NCBI GenBank assembly: GCA_964431515.1
Contig: CAYSKF010000003.1
Span: 164,986-228,985, forward strand
Origin: an uncultured Bdellovibrio sp.
Lineage (GTDB): Bacteria > Bdellovibrionota > Bdellovibrionia > Bdellovibrionales > Bdellovibrionaceae
Length of the DNA: 64,000 bases
Reading direction: 5' to 3'
The notes under the pieces are model-generated. The model was not told the origin of the DNA. It was given only the letters and a program-made list of their open reading frames with translations, and ran no database searches. A program made the position numbers and the translations under genes. Within the stretch, counting starts at the first letter, position 1; each line of letters starts with the position of its first letter. This document shows, piece after piece, positions 1 through 8,373 of this stretch.

Positions 1-457
1 TGGCATTGATAAGAAATCGATCCGGGTGGGTAGCAGATTCAATAACTTCCTGAGGATACTCTTTATTAAACCACTTGCTGGCTTTCTCGACTGCACCTGC
101 TTGTTCTTTGCGAAGCTTATAATGTTCTGTTCTCGAACAGTTATGCACGATCTCATTGTAAGCCTGTCGAACATCTTTAAAGGGGTCAGAGACATTTTTT
201 GCCTTAAACCATTCCTTCCCAGGAACTCCCTCTAGGGGTTTACATCCATTTCGTTCTAGTTGCCGATGAATATGATGGTCTTGAATGCCCTCTGGTAACT
301 CGCCAATAATCTGATGTTGAGGATTTTCTGGATTAGATGTCCCAAACTGGTTCCAAATCCGATCCTCTCCGATTTCGATTTTGGTATGGCCTACTTTTAT
401 CCAGCCTTCTCTCAAATAGATGTCAGTGGTGTAGGCATAAAGTACAAGTTTTGCCAT
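1..457 (-). CDS. GIY-YIG/T5orf172-type nuclease fused to an SF2 helicase (restriction subunit), 5' part only; runs off the window
   Basis: Not in the ORF track. Manual translation from ATG at 457 is open to base 1: MAKLVLYAYTTDIYLREGWIKVGHTK...DRIWNQFGTS...DHHIHRQL...GKEWFK...YKLRKEQAGAVEKASKWF...DRFLINA. LYAY, IKVGHT and EWF are T5orf172/GIY-YIG motifs; LRKEQ and FLINA lead into a ResIII-type helicase. It starts 3 nt after the MTase stop. Confidence 0.8.
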   Translation of the reverse strand, partial: MAKLVLYAYTTDIYLREGWIKVGHTKIEIGEDRIWNQFGTSNPENPQHQIIGELPEGIQDHHIHRQLERNGCKPLEGVPGKEWFKAKNVSDPFKDVRQAYNEIVHNCSRTEHYKLRKEQAGAVEKASKWFNKEYPQEVIESATHPDRFLINA

Positions 458-460
458 TGG

Positions 461-1915
461 TTACGACCACTCCTGAACTTTCTTTTTGATATGATCCTGT
501 TCTTTTTTTGACATGTTAAATAGTTTGAAGAGGCTTTCATCGGTCCACAGCTTCTTGCCATCTAGTAGCGGCACCCATTTCCAGGTGTCTCTCGAGAGAT
601 TTTGTGTGATCTTTCTAAGGCCAACAAAATATCTTGCAAAATCTGTTTTCAAAAATGCCTCAAATCTCTCAGCCTCGGCTAGAGAATTGAATGAATTGAT
701 AATGCTATATGTTTCACTACAAACCTCATTTGGCTTTAATATAAAGATAACTGATGTCGGTATAGTAGACCGTCTCTTGCCCTTTGAGCCACCAGCAGCT
801 TTTGAAACAACAACTTTGTATTTGTCGATTAAGTCACTACTTTTGGTCACATCAGCTCGACGGAGTTTGCGAACTTGTTTTCTAAGAAAGTAGCATGATA
901 TTTCACCCTGAGCAGTGGCATTAATTGCTGTGTATAAATCGGAGGAAATACCAAATGCATTCCTTGACTTTGCAACATCAGAGACCCATTGCCCCCTATG
1001 AATTGATTTAACTTTCTCATGCAAAAATAAACCAGTTGGGTCGTCGGGAATGATATCACTCTCATTTAGATTAAGTTTGAATTGATTTTGATTTTCAATA
1101 AAAGTTATTTCGTCAAATTGACGATTTTTTTCAAAGTGAAGAAAGCAAACTCCGCCATTAATATCAACTGTTGGAAAAACATGACTGCTGTTTGAGAAGT
1201 TAACAATATTTTTTACATTTTTCGAGCTTATGATCTTGTCTCTGAAGCTATCCAATCCTTTTCCGCCAGCAAACCACCTAGATGGTATCACTAAGACAAA
1301 TTCTTTTATTGCAGAGCTATCAATTAGTTTTTCTGTAAAAAGATTATAGACAGGCATAGCACTCTTGCCAGTGCCACCACCATCTGATTCTTGGTAGGGC
1401 GGGTTACCGACGGCAACAATCTTTTTTCTACCCGATGTTTTTTGAATATACTCAATCATTGTTTCAAACTCCTTCTCAAATTTTTCTTTATCTAAAGTTC
1501 CATCTATTTCAGATAAGTAACGACCATCTCTAATTATGTGGTTGAATTGTTCATTATGTGAATTCGTGTTCCCAAGGAATGTTCGAACACTAAGCCGATG
1601 GTGTCTTTCATCAGGGGAAATTCCATAGTACCGATTAGACTCATATATTTCTTTAATTACTAGATCCATATCTAACAAATTTAATGCACCGTTTGATTTC
1701 GCCCAACAACTATGAAATGCACATGCAAGCAACAGCTCGCCAGCCTTACAAAAGGGATCAAAGAAAATTAACTCATCATTAAGGAAAACCTCACGACCCA
1801 ATAGGCCTACCATTTCAATTGCTTTCTCCATTCGAAGAATTGGCTGATCCCGGCCAATTACATTGGCTAGAACATCAACCACATGAGCTGTAGGTTTAAT
1901 TGCCAAAGCTGACAT
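461..1915 (-). CDS. Eco57I-like N6-adenine DNA methyltransferase with C-terminal target-recognition region
   Basis: Motif I variant FFDPFCKAG, catalytic motif IV GNPPYQ, IPSRWFAGGKGL and FPTVDINGGVCF, typical of this family. Confidence 0.85.
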   Translation of the reverse strand: MSALAIKPTAHVVDVLANVIGRDQPILRMEKAIEMVGLLGREVFLNDELIFFDPFCKAGELLLACAFHSCWAKSNGALNLLDMDLVIKEIYESNRYYGISPDERHHRLSVRTFLGNTNSHNEQFNHIIRDGRYLSEIDGTLDKEKFEKEFETMIEYIQKTSGRKKIVAVGNPPYQESDGGGTGKSAMPVYNLFTEKLIDSSAIKEFVLVIPSRWFAGGKGLDSFRDKIISSKNVKNIVNFSNSSHVFPTVDINGGVCFLHFEKNRQFDEITFIENQNQFKLNLNESDIIPDDPTGLFLHEKVKSIHRGQWVSDVAKSRNAFGISSDLYTAINATAQGEISCYFLRKQVRKLRRADVTKSSDLIDKYKVVVSKAAGGSKGKRRSTIPTSVIFILKPNEVCSETYSIINSFNSLAEAERFEAFLKTDFARYFVGLRKITQNLSRDTWKWVPLLDGKKLWTDESLFKLFNMSKKEQDHIKKKVQEWS

Positions 1916-2707
1916 CTACACTCCGACAGAAACTGATCTGCTCGGCTTGCGAACTTGCTCAGTAGGTTTATTGATTTCAATAACAGCTTTTGCGAACTCG
2001 AAGTCTTCAAAGCCTCTATTTTTTCCCGAAAGAATGGCTTCAATAAATCTGGTCGATCTTTCAAACTCTAGTGGAATTGTTTTGCTGGCTTCACAAGATT
2101 CGAAGAATGCTACCCATGACAAATCAAAATCAAGCTGATGATGGCCGTTTTGGGCAAACCATTTTGACCCAGACTTTGTTAATCCCGCACTTGCTTTGCC
2201 ATGTGCTTCTTCACTTAAAGCCGACAAGGTTTCATTTTCATCAATGTGCCATTTGATTGCTGACATTATGTGAGCAAAGAAGTCTTGCTTCTTCGAAATC
2301 AAAGAGAAATCATTTCTGATTTCTAGTTTAGTTTTTAGGAATTCAAGGGTGGCTGCTAAAACACGAGATCGGCAGTTTTCAACATTCTTACGATCAATAT
2401 CAATTGCCCAAAGAGTATTTAGAGCATTTGCGACTGCATAATAGGCGGCTTCACGAATACCTTGCTGTAGGGCTTTTTTGTAAATAGCTTCAAGTCGTCG
2501 CTTATAGATTGGGAGAACTATATTTCCATGGCCAGCACATGGTTCAAAGAAAGTAACATCCTCATCAGACCACAGGCCTCGCTTGTCTTTGGAGAGCAGA
2601 TTGAGCATGTCTTCGACATACGATTCAGGTGTGAAAACTTCGCCAAGGTCTTTAATTCTGTCTTTGCTGCGATGATATAACTTTTCTAGATCAACAATGT
2701 TGCTCAT
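1916..2707 (-). CDS. SAM-binding DNA methyltransferase-like protein lacking the catalytic NPPY motif
   Basis: RSKDRIKDLGEVFTP (motif X), FFEPCAGHGN (motif I), LWAIDID (motif II); no (N/D/S)PP(Y/F). Likely start ATG 2707 with GAGGAG RBS; the ORF track starts at 2737. Confidence 0.75.
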   Translation of the reverse strand: MSNIVDLEKLYHRSKDRIKDLGEVFTPESYVEDMLNLLSKDKRGLWSDEDVTFFEPCAGHGNIVLPIYKRRLEAIYKKALQQGIREAAYYAVANALNTLWAIDIDRKNVENCRSRVLAATLEFLKTKLEIRNDFSLISKKQDFFAHIMSAIKWHIDENETLSALSEEAHGKASAGLTKSGSKWFAQNGHHQLDFDLSWVAFFESCEASKTIPLEFERSTRFIEAILSGKNRGFEDFEFAKAVIEINKPTEQVRKPSRSVSVGV

Positions 2708-3111
2708 CAGTGGCTCCTCTAGGTGAAACTTTTCCATGTATCACTTCGGAACAATCGCAAAAATAATGAATGGACTTTGATTTAGAATTTTTAGGTACAG
2801 CTTAGACTCATTTGTTCACGACCTTAGTCAAATATCTGAATCACAAATTGGAAGTTTCTAGACCTATCTGAAAACTTTGTTTTGAGACTATATTGGCGAC
2901 CAAGACTAAGACCAAGATCATTGGGGGGACCAGATCACAGTAGGCTAATTCTAATATAGATAAGAAATAGAAATGTAGTTACTGAGAAACTTGTAGTTCG
3001 TAGAAAACTACAAATGCATGCAAATCGAGAAATTTCGGGTAATTTCCGCTAATATCTTTCAAATACCTAGATCAAGCTTCTTCTTCGTATGTATCTGTTT
3101 ATATTAAAAAA

Positions 3112-3141
3112 ATAGAAAAAGCCCACAAGGGGCAGTTCTAT
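3112..3141 (-). terminator. Probable intrinsic terminator after tmRNA
   Basis: Minus strand GCCC-CTTGT-GGGC-TTTTT, flanked by ATAGAA/TTCTAT. Confidence 0.5.
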
Positions 3142-3151
3142 CTTCGAAATT

Positions 3152-3497
3152 TGGTGGAGGCGGGGGGAATTGAACCCCCGTCCGCAAGTGATCCGCGATA
3201 AGGCGCTACATACTTAGTTCTTGTTTTAGATTGATCTGCCAGCTTCCAAGAACAAAATCAGCCAGACCCCACCCCCAGCTTTATTTAAGATTTGCCGCTG
3301 GAGATAACCAGCAAGTCCGAGGTTTCTAAATGACGATCTATCTAAGAACGAAACCAAATCTTAGAAGATCGTGCGGCTAATTAAGCTGCAAGTGCGTAAT
3401 CGTTGCCAATTACAAAATGCACGTTTTTATCGAGGTCCTCATGCGCCCCGGTATGCTCCTTATGTTTCAACACCCACGTCGAAGCCAGTACGCCCCC
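3152..3497 (-). ncRNA. ssrA: tmRNA (transfer-messenger RNA)
   Basis: 5' GGGGGCGTACTGGCTTCGAC and 3' GGGGGTTCAATTCCCCCCGCCTCCACCA form an Ala acceptor stem with G3-U. The tag frame at 3407-3381 encodes GNDYALAA-stop. Confidence 0.97.
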
Positions 3498-3685
3498 GTG
3501 TTGTGATCAACATCTGCTTTTATTATAGCTTTTTCAGCAAAATAAAAACCACACATAGTTCCGATTAATAGGTCGAGTTTCAATTATTAAATTTTTAATG
3601 ACGCGACAATTTGGTCTTGCCTTGGTTACACGACCTTAACGAGATCCTGACTTAAGCAGGGGCCATTTTGTCCCAAAAGTTCGAG

Positions 3686-3739
3686 ATATCCACCATTTAT
3701 GGCCTCTATCCACAGAGTTATCCACATAAGTGTGGCAAA
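3686..3739. promoter_or_regulatory. Cluster of DnaA-box-like 9-mers
   Basis: TTATCCACA 3718-3726 (perfect), CTATCCACA 3706-3714, ATATCCACC 3686-3694, inverted TTTGCCACA 3731-3739. Confidence 0.65.
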
Positions 3740-3761
3740 CTCTGGGAAAAAGTGACCCCAA

Positions 3762-3827
3762 AATTTAAGTTTCTTACATTTAAATGAGTGCTATTCAGGT
3801 TCAGAATTTAAGTATCTTACATCTAAA
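3762..3827. repeat. Two 23-bp direct repeats, each pseudo-palindromic
   Basis: AATTTAAGTTTCTTACATTTAAA (3762-3784) and AATTTAAGTATCTTACATCTAAA (3805-3827), 21/23 identical. Confidence 0.85.
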
Positions 3828-3848
3828 AAAGACGGGATATTTTTGATT

Positions 3849-3879
3849 CAGACCATCCTTCAAAGCGAAAGATGGTCTG
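3849..3879 (-). terminator. Hairpin just downstream of the DUF4423 gene, possible terminator
   Basis: 9-bp stem CAGACCATC/GATGGTCTG. Confidence 0.4.
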
Positions 3880-3888
3880 TGTTTAATA

Positions 3889-4953
3889 CTATCGGAACAG
3901 GTCTGCAACAGATGCTGCAGTTGCTGCAAGTGTACTAACGTTAGAACGCTTTTCTTTCGCTACGACAGGCTCCGCAGGCATTACTGGCTGTGGTGCGACA
4001 ACCGGTTTAGTGCGAATAGGAGTCTTGGCCTTTTCATGCTCTTCAACCGCGTTGGTCACTGGGAACAATTGAAGGTTCAACTGATAAACCCTTTCGCCTT
4101 TTTCTTTCAAACGAGCGATCGAGTTGTCTTTGTGCAAAGCTTTGCGCATCTGACGCAACTTGAATTTAATTTCTTCAAATTCCGCTTTCGTCAAAGACAA
4201 GGTCAATGTCCCAAACTCGCGATCCGTAGGTTGATCTTGGTAAAGAGACTCTAGCCCCAGGTACATCAACTGAGATTGCAACTTTCTGACCAAAGCCACT
4301 GGAATATCTTCTGGTGATTCAATCAAGCTACGGTTCTTTTTTAGCTCGCCCGTAGTTTCATCACGACGAAGTTCGCCGGTGGACAACAAAGTCGCAAGAC
4401 CCGCTTCAATTTCATCTTCAGAAGCTTTGCCACGCAAAAGTTTCTTCAATGCCGAAGTATCAAAAGACACCCCGTCTTGATCGATCATGGCATAGATAAT
4501 CCATGTCACCCAATTAGGAACTTTTTCCCACGTCTTGCGGTCGATCTCGCCAGATTTTAATTTTACAGCAACACGATGTTCACTCAACTTCTTGAGGTAC
4601 ATGTTGCGCTCAGCAGGATCTGTGGCCTGAGTGAACTGCACAAGGAGGCGGAACTCCTCTGTTTGCTCTTTCATGAAGCCAAGAGCTTTTCCAAATTTAC
4701 CTACCATCTCGTCGGAAAGATTTCTTTTTCCTTCGATGATCATCTTCAGGTAATTTGGCGATTTAATATTTGCGGCAGCCGAAAAGACTGCGTAATTGTA
4801 GGCCCGCAAAGAACCCTTGGAAGACTTTCTTTTATACTGATAAAAATCACCAAGATATTGGCGATAATTCATGTAATCAGAAAGATTCGGGGGAACAAGC
4901 GAACCCATTGAAATTTCTTTGCCTTTGGAAAACTCAGGTTGCAAATTTTGCAT
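3889..4953 (-). CDS. TIGR02147/DUF4423 family protein (putative HTH DNA-binding)
   Basis: YMNYRQYLGDFY, FSAAANIKSPNYLKMIIEGKRNLS, REFGTLTLSL and VYQLNLQLFP are family hallmarks; AAGGAG RBS. Confidence 0.85.
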   Translation of the reverse strand: MQNLQPEFSKGKEISMGSLVPPNLSDYMNYRQYLGDFYQYKRKSSKGSLRAYNYAVFSAAANIKSPNYLKMIIEGKRNLSDEMVGKFGKALGFMKEQTEEFRLLVQFTQATDPAERNMYLKKLSEHRVAVKLKSGEIDRKTWEKVPNWVTWIIYAMIDQDGVSFDTSALKKLLRGKASEDEIEAGLATLLSTGELRRDETTGELKKNRSLIESPEDIPVALVRKLQSQLMYLGLESLYQDQPTDREFGTLTLSLTKAEFEEIKFKLRQMRKALHKDNSIARLKEKGERVYQLNLQLFPVTNAVEEHEKAKTPIRTKPVVAPQPVMPAEPVVAKEKRSNVSTLAATAASVADLFR

Positions 4954-5051
4954 AGAAATTTAATCTCCTTTGCACCTGTTTAGTTCACCCGATTAAGCTG
5001 TCCAAAACAAGAGGATTTATGTGCAAAAGATTGAAACATATCGCAAGGCAC

Positions 5052-5080
5052 AAAAAAGGGATCCTTACGACAAGGATCCC
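5052..5080 (-). terminator. Intrinsic terminator
   Basis: GGGATCCTT/AAGGATCCC stem with an A6 tract on + (U tract on -). Confidence 0.75.
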
Positions 5081-5108
5081 CCAACAAAAATGCTTCGACT
5101 GTAATCAA

Positions 5109-6032
5109 CTATCTGCGCGACAAACGCAAAGTCACAGCACGAATATCTAAATCACCACGTGATGCAAGCACGATGCTGTCAGCGCCGTAACCGATCACCG
5201 CATTCATCGGACGCACAACATGACGAGTTCTGTAACGATCGATCTGCAATGTTGGACCTTGATTGAAGCTGTTAATCTGAACATCCAAAAGGGCATTATT
5301 GTATGCCGGAGAAGCATCAATCACGATCTCTTCAATGCGGAAACCACGGTATCGGTACAAATCAACATATTGATTCAAATCCAAACGATCCATTCCAAAC
5401 ATACGGCGGTTCACCGATACAGGAATATCTGTCGTCATGCCTGGACGACCAGGGCGATCGGGACGCTCAGGACGATCATATCTATCGCCCTCGATCAAGT
5501 TGATAGTGATGGAACCAATTTCTGTCTGTCCCCGCACCTCTAACTGAAGAGTACGAATATCTTCACCAATCACAGCGCCAAATCGAGGACGTAATTGCAC
5601 ATATCCTTGCGGAGAATATGCACTTTCCTCCAGCCGACCATCAACTAACAACGCCAATTCGGCACGAGGGCCACTGCGACGAACTTCAACATTTACAGAT
5701 TGAACAGTATAGCCACGGTAATTTTCACCGATCCCGGCAAGTTGACGAAGTGCCAAAGTCTCATTGGCAATTCTTCTGTTTAAATAAACAATCTTATGCT
5801 CTTGACGACCACCACGACCGGGGCCAGGTCCAAAATCATCATGTCCTGGAGGCTGTGGTGGAAATCCTGGATGCCCCGGAAAGCCCGGCTGGCCAGGATA
5901 ATCAGGTCGATCCGGATAAGGAATAGGTGCAGGCCCCGGACGAGGACCACCAGGTACAATGTACGCACCTGCTGTGATTGAAGTTAAAGTAAGCGCAGCA
6001 AAAGCTAATAGAACTGAATTTTTTAGAGTCAT
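5109..6032 (-). CDS. Secreted protein with a Pro/Gly-rich linker and two tandem beta-sandwich-like repeats
   Basis: Likely start MTLKNSVLLAFAAL (ATG 6032, GGGGGA RBS, signal peptide). Internal repeat LNRRIANETLALRQL..YRGYTVQSV / VNRRMFGMDRLDLNQY..YRGFRIEEI. Confidence 0.75.
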   Translation of the reverse strand: MTLKNSVLLAFAALTLTSITAGAYIVPGGPRPGPAPIPYPDRPDYPGQPGFPGHPGFPPQPPGHDDFGPGPGRGGRQEHKIVYLNRRIANETLALRQLAGIGENYRGYTVQSVNVEVRRSGPRAELALLVDGRLEESAYSPQGYVQLRPRFGAVIGEDIRTLQLEVRGQTEIGSITINLIEGDRYDRPERPDRPGRPGMTTDIPVSVNRRMFGMDRLDLNQYVDLYRYRGFRIEEIVIDASPAYNNALLDVQINSFNQGPTLQIDRYRTRHVVRPMNAVIGYGADSIVLASRGDLDIRAVTLRLSRR

Positions 6033-6074
6033 TATGTCCCCCGAAATGGTTTTCGTTTCCCCGCGATAGTCTAT

Positions 6075-6090
6075 AGCAACCACCGTACCA
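6075..6090 (-). promoter_or_regulatory. sigma54 (-24/-12) promoter
   Basis: TGGTAC-GGTGG-TTGCT, about 43 nt upstream of ATG 6032. Confidence 0.65.
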
Positions 6091-6224
6091 ACAAAAAGCA
6101 GGTCAGTTCGACACCGCCCTGAAAGTTGCTGACCATATCGTAAGCGCAATGATTTGGGCAAAAAAAAGGGCCACAGTTTGGAGGCCTGCGACCCGGGGGG
6201 AATTAAAAATTTTCAACGAACTTA

Positions 6225-7547
6225 CTATTTCAAGTTTTCGTCGGACAACTCAACAAGAGGTTTGATCTTACGCATGAAAGTAATCGCAAACTGATCTTGA
6301 GCATAGGAAGCACGCTTTCTCATTTTCAAAGCAATGCGAACTTGTCCCAAACCATTATTAGCAATCATACGTGCATCACCAATCCAGTTGGCATAGTTCA
6401 ATTTATTGTTATTCAAAGAAATAAGATCCAAAGTATCTTCTTTGTCTTTAGCTAATCGAGACAAAGAAATGTTCACGCCCGTTCCCGCCTCTGGAGCCAG
6501 TAAAGGACCTGCAAAAGCTAGCAACTCATTATTCGCGCCTTTCAATGACAACATCACACCAGAGCGTCCGTTAACAACTTCCCAAGAGCTCATACGAACT
6601 TGTTTTACTTTGTTATCGGTTCTTAAACCCTGAATGGTGTTAATAGCGAATTCACGCATGATTAGATATTCTGGATTGTCAGAGTACTCGCCTGGTAAAT
6701 TGAAATACAAATCTGCAGAAGAATTACGGAAGACCAGGTTTAAAATTGCACTCGCCCCAGCGCCACCGATTTTCAGTCGCACAAAAGTCGTCTCGCAACC
6801 GCCGTCAAGATCTAAACATTTTGCAGTTCCTTCTAAAGAACGCGTTCCTGTGCTCACTTCACCGTTTCCAGAACGAACAGATCTAACAGGCGAGGCAGGT
6901 CCTTCACCCAAAGAACCAGCGACGTTGTACACTTTCACATCACGGCCTTCTTGGATTTTTAAAGTGACGGTCACATCATTAGAAAGACTGTCTACGGACA
7001 TTTTTGCAGAAAGAACTGAGGCTGCAGCATCCAAGTTATTACGACGAGTAATCGCATCAACTCTTTCGTTACGACCCCGAAGGTAATTTAAAAGTTCGTC
7101 TGTTGAAGAGGAAGTATAAACCAAACCGTCTTCCGTCACGCCACCCGTCATGCGTTTAGATAAATTGTCTCGTGTCACACCACTGGCATCGTTCGAACGA
7201 TAGTCAGCAGGCAAAACATTCGTACCAGGAATCGGTGCCGGACGAGTGCTCACCACTGGTGGTGGAGTTGTTTTTACTGGTAAAGTTGGAGGGGGTGTTG
7301 AACCTGCTGGCGGCGTTGTCGGCTTCGCAGTTCCATCTGGAATAGGGCCCGGCACAGGAGTCTCTGCTTTTTCATCGTAAGGATTCGGCAAATCCTGACC
7401 TAATTGACCGTTGGTGCTTTCAACCTTGGGTGCAGGCTCTGGAGGTGGCGGAATTATATCATTTTTCTTTTTGCCGCAAGCAGAAAGGGCAAGAGTAGCC
7501 ATAAGGGCCGCGCTGATAACTGTGTGCTTATGAAGCATTGGTAACAT
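6225..7547 (-). CDS. Lipoprotein with a Pro/Thr-rich N-terminal stalk, function unknown
   Basis: Lipobox LALSAC followed by PPPPEPAP and PTTPPAGSTPPPT. Confidence 0.8.
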   Translation of the reverse strand: MLPMLHKHTVISAALMATLALSACGKKKNDIIPPPPEPAPKVESTNGQLGQDLPNPYDEKAETPVPGPIPDGTAKPTTPPAGSTPPPTLPVKTTPPPVVSTRPAPIPGTNVLPADYRSNDASGVTRDNLSKRMTGGVTEDGLVYTSSSTDELLNYLRGRNERVDAITRRNNLDAAASVLSAKMSVDSLSNDVTVTLKIQEGRDVKVYNVAGSLGEGPASPVRSVRSGNGEVSTGTRSLEGTAKCLDLDGGCETTFVRLKIGGAGASAILNLVFRNSSADLYFNLPGEYSDNPEYLIMREFAINTIQGLRTDNKVKQVRMSSWEVVNGRSGVMLSLKGANNELLAFAGPLLAPEAGTGVNISLSRLAKDKEDTLDLISLNNNKLNYANWIGDARMIANNGLGQVRIALKMRKRASYAQDQFAITFMRKIKPLVELSDENLK

Positions 7548-7591
7548 GAAAAACCTCCAAAAAATTTTTCAACCTTGATCCACCCTCCATA

Positions 7592-7607
7592 AGCAAAGTG
7601 CGGGCCA
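7592..7607 (-). promoter_or_regulatory. sigma54 (-24/-12) promoter
   Basis: TGGCCC-GCACT-TTGCT, about 45 nt upstream of the lipoprotein start. Confidence 0.7.
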
Positions 7608-7680
7608 GCTTTCGTCACCCCTCATCAGACCTTGTATTGCAATAGAGTTCTCCGTTACACTCCGGTTTGGAAGGAATTAC

Positions 7681-8373
7681 ATGCCTGTACAACAATTCGG
7701 CGAGCTTTTAAGCGACCCACAAAAACTAACAAAACATCTTTTGAAAGTTATTTTAACTGCCATCTTTGGAACAGCTTTAGCGGCTTATTCTTTAGATCAA
7801 CGACTTGCAACTTTTTTTCGGCAAGAGGAGGTTTACACTCACTGGTATCAGCCTGCACGAAAATTAACAGATCTAGGTCTTTTTGAAGTTTACTTTTTTG
7901 TTGCGCTAGCTTCCTGGGCCTTTGCCAAATGGATCGCTCCACATATGCAGACATTCCTCGAACAACCAGACAAAATCGACTTTCTGCGACGCTGGGGATT
8001 GAATTTTATGGTGGCACTATTCCTGAGCGGAGTTGTCACTCATTTGATTAAATTCTTTGTCGGGCGCCAGCGCCCCCACAAGTCTCCTATTTTTGACCCC
8101 TTCATATTTACACCACTGACGACACACCATCACTGGCACTCCTTTTCATCAGGACATTCTCAAGTCATTTTTACAGCAGCAACCATGCTAAGTGTTGCTA
8201 TGCCTAAATGGCGATGGGGGTGGCTAGCTTTTGCAGTCATCATTGCCTTCACTCGCGTGATGGTCACAGATCACTTCTTAAGTGATATTATTTTTGGTGC
8301 TTGTGTGGGATATGTTGGCACACTCTGCGCTCTTTATTGGATGAAACTCAAAAGTCAGAATCGACTTTTCTAA
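7681..8373 (+). CDS. PAP2-family membrane phosphatase (LpxE/PgpB-like)
   Basis: KFFVGRQRP, SFSSGH and TRVMVTDHFLSD motifs; several TM helices. Confidence 0.9.
   Translation: MPVQQFGELLSDPQKLTKHLLKVILTAIFGTALAAYSLDQRLATFFRQEEVYTHWYQPARKLTDLGLFEVYFFVALASWAFAKWIAPHMQTFLEQPDKIDFLRRWGLNFMVALFLSGVVTHLIKFFVGRQRPHKSPIFDPFIFTPLTTHHHWHSFSSGHSQVIFTAATMLSVAMPKWRWGWLAFAVIIAFTRVMVTDHFLSDIIFGACVGYVGTLCALYWMKLKSQNRLF

Larger units (their letters stand above)
1..3110. mobile_element. End of a probable genomic (defence) island integrated at the tmRNA 3' end
   Basis: Visibly AT-richer R-M cargo directly downstream of ssrA, a classic integration site. No integrase or second att copy lies inside the window. Confidence 0.6.

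Noticed and set aside
3762..3827. Mini-CRISPR reading of the 23-bp repeats with a 20-bp spacer
   Set aside because: Only two units, short spacer, no cas genes; the dyad form fits operators better.
3600..3850. oriC
   Set aside because: DnaA boxes are present, but there is no dnaA, dnaN, gidA or rpmH context and few boxes; kept as an accessory DnaA site.
6168..6179. 12-mer GGGCCACAGTTT also found near 45756
   Set aside because: Short match in terminator-like DNA with dissimilar flanks; could be chance.
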